A DNA stretch of 30,176 nt from Candidatus Nanoarchaeia archaeon. GTDB lineage: Bacteria > Patescibacteriota > Saccharimonadia > UBA4664 > DATIHE01. The notes below the pieces were generated by a model. That model was not told where the DNA came from and did no database searches. It saw nothing but the letters and a program-made list of their open reading frames with translations. Within the stretch, counting starts at the first letter, position 1; each line of letters opens with the position of its first letter. Below, in pieces: positions 16,044-23,872 of this stretch. The stretch spans positions 1-30,176 of the forward strand of contig DATIHE010000026.1 of NCBI GenBank assembly GCA_035481015.1. The letters are read 5' to 3'. The translations under genes were made by a program, and so were the position numbers.

Positions 16044-17177
16044 CTAGGCCGCTACACGATGCCAGTTGGGGTCGTTGTAGGGCCGATAACGTAGCCAGAA
16101 GCGGGCCTCGTCGGCCATCGTTTTGGCCCGCATGATGGCCGGCTTCGGGTTGGCCCTCGTCGTCTGCGACTCGAGCACAAGACGCAGGTTGTTCTGGATG
16201 GCTCGCATCGCGCTGGTGACATGAGCGATGACGACCGCCGTTGGTTCGAGCGGCTCGTAGGTGCCCAGCAGGCGGATGCGGCGATCGAGGCGGTTAATGA
16301 CCTGGGGGGCGTTGGTAACTAGCCAAGGCTGGCTTTCACGCAGCACAGTGCCGATTACGCGCAGGCAGTAGCCCTGTGTACCCTCGAAGCCGTAACTTTC
16401 GGCTAGCCGCCGGGTGAAGCCTCTGTCGCCCATGTTATAGCCCTGCTCGGCCATGCGTTCTTGCAGTCTGACGACGAAGCTCCAGGGCTTGTCGTAGCCA
16501 ATGCCGCCGGCGGCCCGCCACAGCTTGCTCATGGCGTTGGTTGCCGACAGTCGTGATGACGTCAGCAGCTCGTAGACGGCGTTGGCGTGTCGGTTGTCGT
16601 ACTCGAACCGGTCGGTCCAGCTGGTTTGCTGAGCATTAGAGATGCCGGCGATCCGTCCAGCGATTTGCTGCCGGTCGCGCAGGTCCATGGCAGCTAGCTC
16701 ACTTTGCCGAGCGGCAGCCCGCATAGCGTCGTCGTTTGGCTCCAGTACGTCGATCGCCTGGCTGATGTGGTCGATAGCGTCGATCTTCTCCAGGCTGCGG
16801 GCGCGGCCCATGCCGCGACGGGTTGTCCGCAGTAGCCGTCGCTGACGAGCTAGCTCGTCTTGCCGCAGATCGAACAGCCTGTCGGCGACGTTGGTCATTA
16901 CCCAACGACGCTGGCCGATGGCGTGGTAGTCCAGTATCTCCCAGTCGATCTGGACGCGCAGCTTGGCTACCAGTAGCTCAACCGTCAGGAACTGGTCGGT
17001 ACCGGCTGTGACGTTGGGCGCCCACAGCTCGCCGAACAACGGTGACCACCTGGGCTCGCGAACATGCGTTGGGTGATAGCCGTGGGCCCTGACCGTGTAG
17101 GTCGGTCCCTCGGGCAGTCGCATCTCGGCGACTTTGTCTTCGCGCAGAGTGATAGTGGTGACCTTTTGCCTAGCCAT
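16044..17177 (-). CDS. GC-rich, Arg-rich orphan protein (377 aa)
   Basis: SD GGAGAG before ATG 17177 (MARQKVTT); a sampled 60-nt block is 63% GC; no recognisable motif. Confidence 0.8.
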   Translation of the reverse strand: MARQKVTTITLREDKVAEMRLPEGPTYTVRAHGYHPTHVREPRWSPLFGELWAPNVTAGTDQFLTVELLVAKLRVQIDWEILDYHAIGQRRWVMTNVADRLFDLRQDELARQRRLLRTTRRGMGRARSLEKIDAIDHISQAIDVLEPNDDAMRAAARQSELAAMDLRDRQQIAGRIAGISNAQQTSWTDRFEYDNRHANAVYELLTSSRLSATNAMSKLWRAAGGIGYDKPWSFVVRLQERMAEQGYNMGDRGFTRRLAESYGFEGTQGYCLRVIGTVLRESQPWLVTNAPQVINRLDRRIRLLGTYEPLEPTAVVIAHVTSAMRAIQNNLRLVLESQTTRANPKPAIMRAKTMADEARFWLRYRPYNDPNWHRVAA

Positions 17178-17225
17178 TGCTCTCCAATCGGGGAAGTAAC
17201 TCAAGGTGCACGGATGGTTGGTAAC

Positions 17226-17249
17226 AAAAAACGAGCCAAAATTGCTCGT
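17226..17249 (-). terminator. Terminator-like hairpin inside the 5' leader of the orphan gene
   Basis: Minus strand ACGAGC-AATTTTG-GCTCGT-TTTTT. Confidence 0.5.
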
Positions 17250-17300
17250 ACATTGCCCGAGAACCCACCCAACCAACCGTCGAACTATTCCGATGCGCCG

Positions 17301-17329
17301 ATTTTAGCCAAAAACTGCTAATTTTTCAA
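17301..17329 (-). promoter_or_regulatory. Sigma70-type promoter for the orphan gene
   Basis: TTGAAA-17 nt-TAAAAT on minus strand, ~120 nt upstream of ATG 17177. Confidence 0.7.
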
Positions 17330-17352
17330 GCATAAGAACGCTCACCCGCTCC

Positions 17353-17361
17353 TGTTATAAT
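17353..17361 (+). promoter_or_regulatory. Extended -10 promoter TGTTATAAT
   Basis: TGTTATAAT-GAGCCA-ATG. Confidence 0.7.
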
Positions 17362-17367
17362 GAGCCA

Positions 17368-18207
17368 ATGAAGCTTATTGGAACCCTTGGCCTGGCAGTT
17401 GCCATATTTTTCGCTAGTCTAGCCTCGCTGCCCGCCTTTGCCCACCTGGGTGGTGGTTCGCCGTTTGTGCTGTTGAACCAAGAGTACGCTCAAGCCAATC
17501 CCCTTACCGGCCTCGACCCAGATATTTCGCTCGATGCACCGCCGTCGGTTTATACGGTTGGTCAGCCGATTAATTTCTCGATTGATCGCAACATTTTTGG
17601 CTCACCCGATCTGCAGTTCCGTTGGATTTGGGACAAAGGCGGCCAGCCCGAATTGGGTGACAACCTGAACCATACCTACAACCAGGTCGGCATGCACAGG
17701 CTTACCTTGGATATTAAAAATGACCCCACGACCGACTTTAGTTTGATCGACAGCATTAATGTGCCGGTGACACCGACCAGCGGCTATAAATTACCCACCA
17801 CCAAGGTCGCTATCCGTAATTCCAAGCAAAACGCCAAAGGTTTTGTGGCTACTTTTGAGGCTGTTGCCGAGGCGGACAAATCGTCCAAAATTACCAAGTA
17901 CCAATGGAAGTTTGGCGATGGCCAGAGCGCCGAAGGCCAGGTAGTGACCCATCAGTTTGAAGGCAAGGAATTCCGGCTCTTCCCTATGCTGCACCTGGAA
18001 GACTCTAACGGTTTGACTGCCGATGCTGCTTTTGAGGTCGATAACGGTAACAACGCCCTGCAGTCCTTTGACATTCAGGGGTTAACTGTTCTGGTCTCTC
18101 CTACTTCATCCCATCGTGATCGGCCTAAGCCTGTTTGGCTAATCGCTGCTGTCGTTGTAGGTGGTGGTATTTTATTCGGCTTCTTGGAACTGGCAAAAAG
18201 AAGCTAG
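17368..18207 (+). CDS. Surface protein with PKD domains, signal peptide and C-terminal TM anchor
   Basis: Signal peptide ending AFA|H; PKD signatures FRWIWDKG...HTYNQVG and YQWKFGDG..EG..VTHQF; C-terminal hydrophobic helix followed by KRS. Confidence 0.8.
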   Translation: MKLIGTLGLAVAIFFASLASLPAFAHLGGGSPFVLLNQEYAQANPLTGLDPDISLDAPPSVYTVGQPINFSIDRNIFGSPDLQFRWIWDKGGQPELGDNLNHTYNQVGMHRLTLDIKNDPTTDFSLIDSINVPVTPTSGYKLPTTKVAIRNSKQNAKGFVATFEAVAEADKSSKITKYQWKFGDGQSAEGQVVTHQFEGKEFRLFPMLHLEDSNGLTADAAFEVDNGNNALQSFDIQGLTVLVSPTSSHRDRPKPVWLIAAVVVGGGILFGFLELAKRS

Positions 18208-18209
18208 CG

Positions 18210-19661
18210 CTACTGAGTACGCAGAATACGGGTTTGGGGCAATGCGCTTGGCGCCACAGCTATCGGCTGTGCGATTATCCACAGGCTCAGCATGGTATAT
18301 AAAACCATTAAACCCAACATTGGATATTGGCTAACCAGCGCTTTTTTAGTATTCGGATATATCTTTAGCGCCTCAATGTGCGCCACGTATACCGCCGCCA
18401 TGTGGCCGATGACGATTAGGGCAACTTGGCTGTACCAAACTGTTGCCGCGCCGATGATGCCGATATTCAATTTGTAGCCAGCGGTGCCAAACAAGTTCCA
18501 GCCAAAGCCAAATGGATCAGACAGCGGTCGTATAATGCTTTGGCCCTGCACGAGCAGCAGCGTGAAGTAGTGAGCTACGTTATAGACAACGGCTATAGGC
18601 ACTAATGAGAAGGCAAAGACCTTAGCTAGCTGGCCGGTTGTCTCTTTGGCGCTGGTGACGCGCCGCATCAGCCAAATAAAACACCAGTAGAGGGTCAATA
18701 ATACGAATGGCGACAGGGCTAGGAATGTAGAATCTAGCAGCTGCGTCTTGCCGTGTAACCATACTGGCAGGGAGGCCACAAATCGCCCCCACGTCGAGGT
18801 TTCTTTTAGCCCGTCGAAGCCGGTCGATGACAACATAAACATTATGAAAACCACAAGGCTAAAGTGATCGGCACTGTCTTTGAGCAGGCCGACAAATGGC
18901 AGTCGCAGTTTTATCTTGCCGCCTTGGTACTCAAGCGGCGCCACTTTACTCACCAGGCCAAAAAATACGCTAAAGAATTCACCATATTTGAACCATGCCT
19001 GACGGCCGTACCAATAAGCAAAGGCAATAGTTATAAGCCCGTAGCTAAGTAGTAGTACCGAAAGGTTGCGTGGCACGATCCCCGCTCCGCCAGAAAACAG
19101 CTCGAGCCAGACGATAATGTAATAAGTGGCCAGCGCTGGCCAATAACCCAGCGTTTTGGCTGGATACGGCTCAACCCCCGTAAAGTGCCTGCCGGTTAGG
19201 CGCTCTAGCCACCCGACGCCTATCTGTAGGGGATTAATGATCGGCCAAATGTTGCCGATGATAGCGATTAAGTAGGTTAGGCCAAGCATGAATATTATCC
19301 AGAAAAATGGCACGTTAAAGTTTAGATACGGCTGCTGCACGCCAATGAACCCGGCAATAATGGTTAGTACGAACAGTAAAACGCTAAGGATTTGCAGGAC
19401 CTGTACGGCCCAATGCGAGCTGGCTAAACTGCTCACCAAATCGGTCGTAGTATAACCTTGTCCTGTCGGCTTTTTGTTGACCGCCAAGCCGATAATTAGG
19501 AACGATACTATTACCGCCGCCGCCGCGCCATACATAAATAGCCATAGCGGCACCGGTAGTGTATAGGTCTGGCCAAAAGCATGGGCCGACGCAGCCTGTG
19601 GTACCAGAGCGGCCAGAACGGTTAATAAGGTCCACAGGCTGGTCTGCTTACTTAGGCGCAA
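18210..19661 (-). CDS. Multi-pass membrane protein of the uncharacterised family often annotated as fenitrothion hydrolase
   Basis: ASA|HAFGQTYTLPVPLWLFMYGAAAAVIVSF, FSLVPIAVVYNVAHYF, SDPFGFGWNLFG, IVIGHMAAVYVAH, SQYPML..MVLYT; about 11 hydrophobic segments. Confidence 0.75.
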   Translation of the reverse strand: MRLSKQTSLWTLLTVLAALVPQAASAHAFGQTYTLPVPLWLFMYGAAAAVIVSFLIIGLAVNKKPTGQGYTTTDLVSSLASSHWAVQVLQILSVLLFVLTIIAGFIGVQQPYLNFNVPFFWIIFMLGLTYLIAIIGNIWPIINPLQIGVGWLERLTGRHFTGVEPYPAKTLGYWPALATYYIIVWLELFSGGAGIVPRNLSVLLLSYGLITIAFAYWYGRQAWFKYGEFFSVFFGLVSKVAPLEYQGGKIKLRLPFVGLLKDSADHFSLVVFIMFMLSSTGFDGLKETSTWGRFVASLPVWLHGKTQLLDSTFLALSPFVLLTLYWCFIWLMRRVTSAKETTGQLAKVFAFSLVPIAVVYNVAHYFTLLLVQGQSIIRPLSDPFGFGWNLFGTAGYKLNIGIIGAATVWYSQVALIVIGHMAAVYVAHIEALKIYPNTKKALVSQYPMLGLMVLYTMLSLWIIAQPIAVAPSALPQTRILRTQ

Positions 19662-20025
19662 CTTCTACCGCCCCTAACTCTGTTTTGGAACCTTCTAGCT
19701 CGAACGGAAAGCGCCCGCTGGTGTCGGCTGTGAATTTTATCTCGCCCGGCTGGTTCGGCTCTAGCTCGACTGACTTGTCGTAGCCGTGCAAATGGACTTC
19801 GTCAGTTGCATCGAGCGTAATTTTTATCGTGACCTCATCGCCTTGATTGACCTGAATGGTTTCGGGGCCTGAAATCAGTTTTTTGTCCTTAATCTCGAGC
19901 GTAAACGTTTTCTGCTGTACGGTTTGTTGCGGCGTAGTTTGCGTCTTAGGTTTCGGCTTAAGCACAACAAAAGCACCGATTAATGCCAGTACTGCGACGC
20001 CGATAACCAAGCTTTTCCTATCCAT
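19648..20025 (-). CDS. Membrane-anchored cupredoxin-fold protein (no type-1 Cys)
   Basis: TIQVNQGDEVTIKI...DEVHLHGYD...FTADTSGRFPFE; SD AAGGAG. Confidence 0.8.
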   Translation of the reverse strand: MDRKSLVIGVAVLALIGAFVVLKPKPKTQTTPQQTVQQKTFTLEIKDKKLISGPETIQVNQGDEVTIKITLDATDEVHLHGYDKSVELEPNQPGEIKFTADTSGRFPFELEGSKTELGAVEVAPK

Positions 20026-20074
20026 CTTGCTCCTTGTTCTTAATTATACTTTTTCAAGTGGCGACCAGAGGTTG

Positions 20075-20467
20075 TTACGGTTTGTCTTTATTTAGCTTTT
20101 GCAATTCGTGTAAAATCTCTAGCTGCTCATCTTGCAGATTGGATATATAGGTCAGAGTTTGGTGGTCGACCTCAGCTTTAGCATCGTTTTGTGCCTGCGT
20201 TTTATTTTGGCTGCGCTGCAGCGCCGGCAGCGCCCATAGCTGGATCCAGCTGCCCGAGATCACGCCCAGAGTGATCTTAAAGCCTTCCGGGGCCGGAATG
20301 GCTAGTAATGGCACGATCAAGGCCAGATCGAAGAATATCACCGAGGCTAAAATATGTGATGTTATCCATTCCAACACACTGTCGTTTAGCCTGAGTAGCG
20401 GCGATTCTTGAGCTCGTTTTTCCTTGAGTACCTCTTTGGGATGCCTAACTTTGGGATGTGAGTCCAT
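20075..20467 (-). CDS. DUF1003-like small membrane protein
   Basis: Two TM helices followed by LQRSQNKTQAQNDAKAEVDH and a coiled coil, resembling the DUF1003 SQNRQ...RAE.D motif. Confidence 0.6.
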   Translation of the reverse strand: MDSHPKVRHPKEVLKEKRAQESPLLRLNDSVLEWITSHILASVIFFDLALIVPLLAIPAPEGFKITLGVISGSWIQLWALPALQRSQNKTQAQNDAKAEVDHQTLTYISNLQDEQLEILHELQKLNKDKP

Positions 20468-20542
20468 ATTAAGCCTAGTTTAGCATGTCGCCCGCCTGTC
20501 ATTGCTTTTTCGCTTGGCAGAGAAGATATTAGTATTGAACTA

Positions 20543-21433
20543 ATGTTGAGGCTCGGTTTGAATGCCCTCGCTATCTCGAAATTAAAAAAGAGCTACGGTA
20601 ACAAACCCGCCTTACGCGGAGTTTCGCTGACCGTCGAAGCCGGCGAAATTTATGGCTTTTTGGGACCGAATGGCGCTGGGAAGACCACTACCATCCGGTG
20701 CATCATGGACTTTATGCGACCCGACGGCGGCGAGATCAAAGTTCTTGACAGTGACGCCCAGAAAAACTCCGTGGCGGTCAAAAAGTTGATTGGCTTTTTG
20801 CCGGCCGACAACCAGTTATACGAAAAATGGACCACCCGTGATCATATAAACTTCGTCACCTCTATTCGCGGTGCCGCCAATGTCGACAAGCTGGTAAAGC
20901 GGCTTGATCTCGATCCCAGAAAACAAGTAAGGCACCTTTCTACAGGCAATAAGCAGAAAGTTGGCTTGATCTTGGCGCTGCTGGGCGATCCAAAGCTGTT
21001 GATACTGGACGAGCCGACCCGTGGTCTTGATCCGCTGCTGCAGCACGAGATATATGCCATCCTAAAAGAATATGTGGCCGGCGGTGGTACGGTTTTTTTG
21101 TCATCGCACAACCTGGCCGAAGTGGAGCATATTTGCAGTAATGTCGGAGTTTTGCGAGCCGGCGAGATCGTAGCTTCCAAGAGTATGAGCGAGATACTGG
21201 CTATGAACGTTCATATAGTTACCGCTTCTTTTCGTGGCGACAAAAAGCCTGCTGATTTAAAAATCGTTGGCGCTGAGACGATCAGCTCTGCCAATGGGCA
21301 TGTGGTCTTGAAGGTGCGCGGCGATATAAATCCGGTCATCGCTAAACTAGCAGCCTACGAGCTGGCTGATGTTGAGATAGCTCACGCACCATTAGAAGAG
21401 ATCTTTATGGAATACTACCGAGGCCCGTCATGA
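20543..21433 (+). CDS. ABC transporter ATP-binding protein (ABC-2 exporter type)
   Basis: Walker A GPNGAGKTT, signature LSTGN, Walker B LLILDEPT, H-loop SSHNL. Confidence 0.96.
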   Translation: MLRLGLNALAISKLKKSYGNKPALRGVSLTVEAGEIYGFLGPNGAGKTTTIRCIMDFMRPDGGEIKVLDSDAQKNSVAVKKLIGFLPADNQLYEKWTTRDHINFVTSIRGAANVDKLVKRLDLDPRKQVRHLSTGNKQKVGLILALLGDPKLLILDEPTRGLDPLLQHEIYAILKEYVAGGGTVFLSSHNLAEVEHICSNVGVLRAGEIVASKSMSEILAMNVHIVTASFRGDKKPADLKIVGAETISSANGHVVLKVRGDINPVIAKLAAYELADVEIAHAPLEEIFMEYYRGPS

Positions 21434-22230
21434 TGTCGATTATCAAAAAGGAGTTTTTGGCCAAACGTACTTCCCTTTTGGTCTACTGCTTAGTCGTCTT
21501 TGGCTTGTTGTGGATGTATATTGGCATCTACCCTTCTATTCAGGCTCAGTCGGCGGCCTTGTCGAAGGTTTTGGAGGGGCTAGGCCCGGCTGTCAGGGCT
21601 TTCGGCGTCAGCCAGATCAGCTTTGACACACTTGAAAAGTATTTGTCGCTAGAGCTATTTGGTATCACTTGGCCGATTCTAATGATTACCTTTGTCGCTG
21701 CGCGCGCCGGTCAATCGATTGCCGGTGAAACCGAAAAAGGCACTCTGGGCACGGTGCTGTCGCTGCCAATCTCCCGCTATAACATCTTTTTATCCAAGTA
21801 CCTGGCCGGACTAACAGCGCTTATTATATTTGTCGCCGTCACTGTTTTTAGTGGCATCCCGATTGCTCAAGCCTTTCATATCGCCCACAACTCGGCCAAC
21901 TTCGCCAGTCTGTCGGTGTTATGTCTGTTGTTTAGTTGGTCGCTATACAGTCTAGGCATGTTGTTTTCGACGGTCTTCAACGAAAAAGGCCATGTTTACT
22001 TGGCTTTAGGCGGGATACTCATGGTGATGTATGTGGCCAATATCATTGCTGGCATTTCCAGCAAGTTTAGCTGGCTACGGTTGATCTCGTTGTTCCACTT
22101 TTTCAACGCGGCAGAAGTGCTAATAAACAACCAAACTAATTCGGCGTCTTACATCGTCTTTAACGCCGTAATTGTATTTGCTACCTTGGCCGGTTTGTTT
22201 TGGTTCGCGCACAAGGACGTTATCGTTTAG
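21430..22230 (+). CDS. ABC-2 type transporter permease
   Basis: Six TM segments, IAGETEKGTLGTVLSLPISR..IFLSKY; ATGA overlap with the ATPase. Confidence 0.93.
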   Translation: MMSIIKKEFLAKRTSLLVYCLVVFGLLWMYIGIYPSIQAQSAALSKVLEGLGPAVRAFGVSQISFDTLEKYLSLELFGITWPILMITFVAARAGQSIAGETEKGTLGTVLSLPISRYNIFLSKYLAGLTALIIFVAVTVFSGIPIAQAFHIAHNSANFASLSVLCLLFSWSLYSLGMLFSTVFNEKGHVYLALGGILMVMYVANIIAGISSKFSWLRLISLFHFFNAAEVLINNQTNSASYIVFNAVIVFATLAGLFWFAHKDVIV

Positions 22231-22250
22231 CTAACCGGATCTAGGCAGTG

Positions 22251-22598
22251 CTAGTCTGCTTGCGGGTAATTCGCGCCGGCAACATCAATCGCCACATAGG
22301 CCTCATCGCCCACCACCCAAGCGTCGTGTCCAGCCGGAACATCGACTACTTCATCAGGACCGGCCTCTATCTCACTTCCATCATTCAACACGACTTTCAG
22401 ATGACCTGACAGGCCAATCAGAACGTGGTGATTAGGGCAGGTATCGGTGCCGACAACTGGTTTTAAGTCGACCGACCATTTCCAGCCTGGCTCAAATTTG
22501 GCATGCATTATTGTTCCACCGCCAACCTCCACGATCTCGACCTTCATTTTTGGTGGAGTCATAGTTTCGTCGGGGGTATTAAAGCTCTTTTTCTCCAT
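22251..22598 (-). CDS. Cupin domain protein
   Basis: FEPGWKWS..., CPNHH...SGHLKV, PAGHDAWVVG. Confidence 0.88.
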   Translation of the reverse strand: MEKKSFNTPDETMTPPKMKVEIVEVGGGTIMHAKFEPGWKWSVDLKPVVGTDTCPNHHVLIGLSGHLKVVLNDGSEIEAGPDEVVDVPAGHDAWVVGDEAYVAIDVAGANYPQAD

Positions 22599-22675
22599 GC
22601 TGTCGTCCTTATGTAAATTATCCCCAGCATAGGTTAGCGGGCGAGCAATGTGATTGGCGAAAGTTCTAATTAGGT

Positions 22676-23104
22676 TTAGGTCTGGGCCTGTAAAATGGAA
22701 AAACGATTATCCTCGGTGTCCATGGCCGATATCCATAAGCCGACGCCAGGGATCATTTGTGGCTCCATTGTGTGCTCGCGTTTTTCGTTCAGTCCCCCGA
22801 GGATTTTACCGCCGGCATCTTCCACGGCTTTCATTGCCACCTTGATGTCGTCAACTGAAATTACAACTGACGGAGGTTGGCTCAAAGGGTCGTCGTTTTT
22901 TTCATAGAAGCCGCCATTGATGGCGCCTTTGGTCTGCACCATACCATCTGCATCGGTTTCTGTGGTCTGAGCGACTACATAATTACCCATCTCCTCGCCC
23001 ATCGGCTGGGCCTTCCAGCCAAAGGCTGTCTCATAAAACTTAACCATGCGAGCTTGATCGTTATACCCCATCTCGAAATGTACTACCGGATTCATTTTAC
23101 TCAT
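22676..23104 (-). CDS. VOC (glyoxalase/bleomycin resistance) family protein
   Basis: NPVVHFE...FYETAFGW...GAINGG...ISVDDI...GG...IPGVG....DTEDN; SD AGGAG before ATG 23104. Confidence 0.92.
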   Translation of the reverse strand: MSKMNPVVHFEMGYNDQARMVKFYETAFGWKAQPMGEEMGNYVVAQTTETDADGMVQTKGAINGGFYEKNDDPLSQPPSVVISVDDIKVAMKAVEDAGGKILGGLNEKREHTMEPQMIPGVGLWISAMDTEDNRFSILQAQT

Positions 23105-23173
23105 TTGACGACTCCTACTTTTTACCATTATACATTCTGGGTGTTGCCGGTCGGATTTTCAAACTATACCGTT

Positions 23174-23629
23174 TTAGCTTTTGAGTTCCTCTGCCAATCC
23201 GACAAGAATCTGTTCTGGTCCTCGCATATAACACAGGCGGTAAAGGTTCTCATACTTTACGATCTCCCCAATGAGCTCTGCCCCATGTTTTTTTAGCCGA
23301 GATACCGTATTATCTATATCTTCAACTGTAAACATAGCTCGTAAGTATCCTAAAGCATTCACTGGGGCATTTCGATGGTCGGCAATTACCGGTGGAGTGA
23401 TAAAACGGGATAATTCGATGCGACTATTGCCGTCAGGCGTAACCATCATGGCAACTTCTACTTCCTGATTGCCTAACCCTGTAACCTTGCCAGCCCATTC
23501 GCCTTGCACAATAGTACGACCTTCGAGCTGCAGCCCAAGTTCTGAAAAGAAAGCAATAGCCTTGTCGAGAGACTCAACAACGATGCCGATATTATCCATT
23601 CTTACTAGATTGGATCGCCTAGTGCTCAT
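23174..23629 (-). CDS. VOC family protein
   Basis: RMDNIGIVVESLDKAIAFFSELG, SRIELSRF, LGYLRAMFTVEDID, RLCYMRGPE. Start trimmed to ATG 23629 because the longer ORF overlaps tRNA-Gln. Confidence 0.92.
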   Translation of the reverse strand: MSTRRSNLVRMDNIGIVVESLDKAIAFFSELGLQLEGRTIVQGEWAGKVTGLGNQEVEVAMMVTPDGNSRIELSRFITPPVIADHRNAPVNALGYLRAMFTVEDIDNTVSRLKKHGAELIGEIVKYENLYRLCYMRGPEQILVGLAEELKS

Positions 23630-23664
23630 AGGATAATTATATAACGAATTAAGCATAAGTACTT

Positions 23665-23739
23665 TGGCTGGGGCGGTAGGATTCGAACCTACGAATGACG
23701 GAACCAAAATCCGTTGCCTTACCACTTGGCCACGCCCCA
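23665..23739 (-). tRNA. tRNA-Gln(TTG)
   Basis: TGGGGCG/CGCCCCA acceptor, ACGGA-TT-TTG-GT-TCCGT anticodon arm, GGTTCGAATCC T-arm, encoded CCA. Confidence 0.97.
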
Positions 23740-23872
23740 TCGTCGAAGTCTCGCTTCAGCCTACATAATACGCTTATGTTCAGCTTGCTAGGAATAACTG
23801 ATATATTTTAGCTGATTTAAGCCAAACCGTCACTCAATCTGTCTAGGTTGCGGTATTATTAAACCAAGCAAG

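Noticed and set aside
23137-23165. Possible degenerate copy of the tRNA-Gln 3' end (att-like)
   Set aside because: Alignment to 23668-23690 needs several gaps and mismatches; not distinguishable from chance
3731-23660. Recurrent TAAGC/GCTTA words in intergenic regions (e.g. 3731-3750, 7005-7021, 13665-13680, 23649-23660)
   Set aside because: Spacing to the -10 element is inconsistent and the words are short in AT-rich DNA; a motif cannot be supported without genome-wide statistics
23630-23740. N-terminal extension of the VOC ORF in the ORF track
   Set aside because: It is a read-through of tRNA-Gln; the real start is ATG 23629, 6 nt after TATAAT
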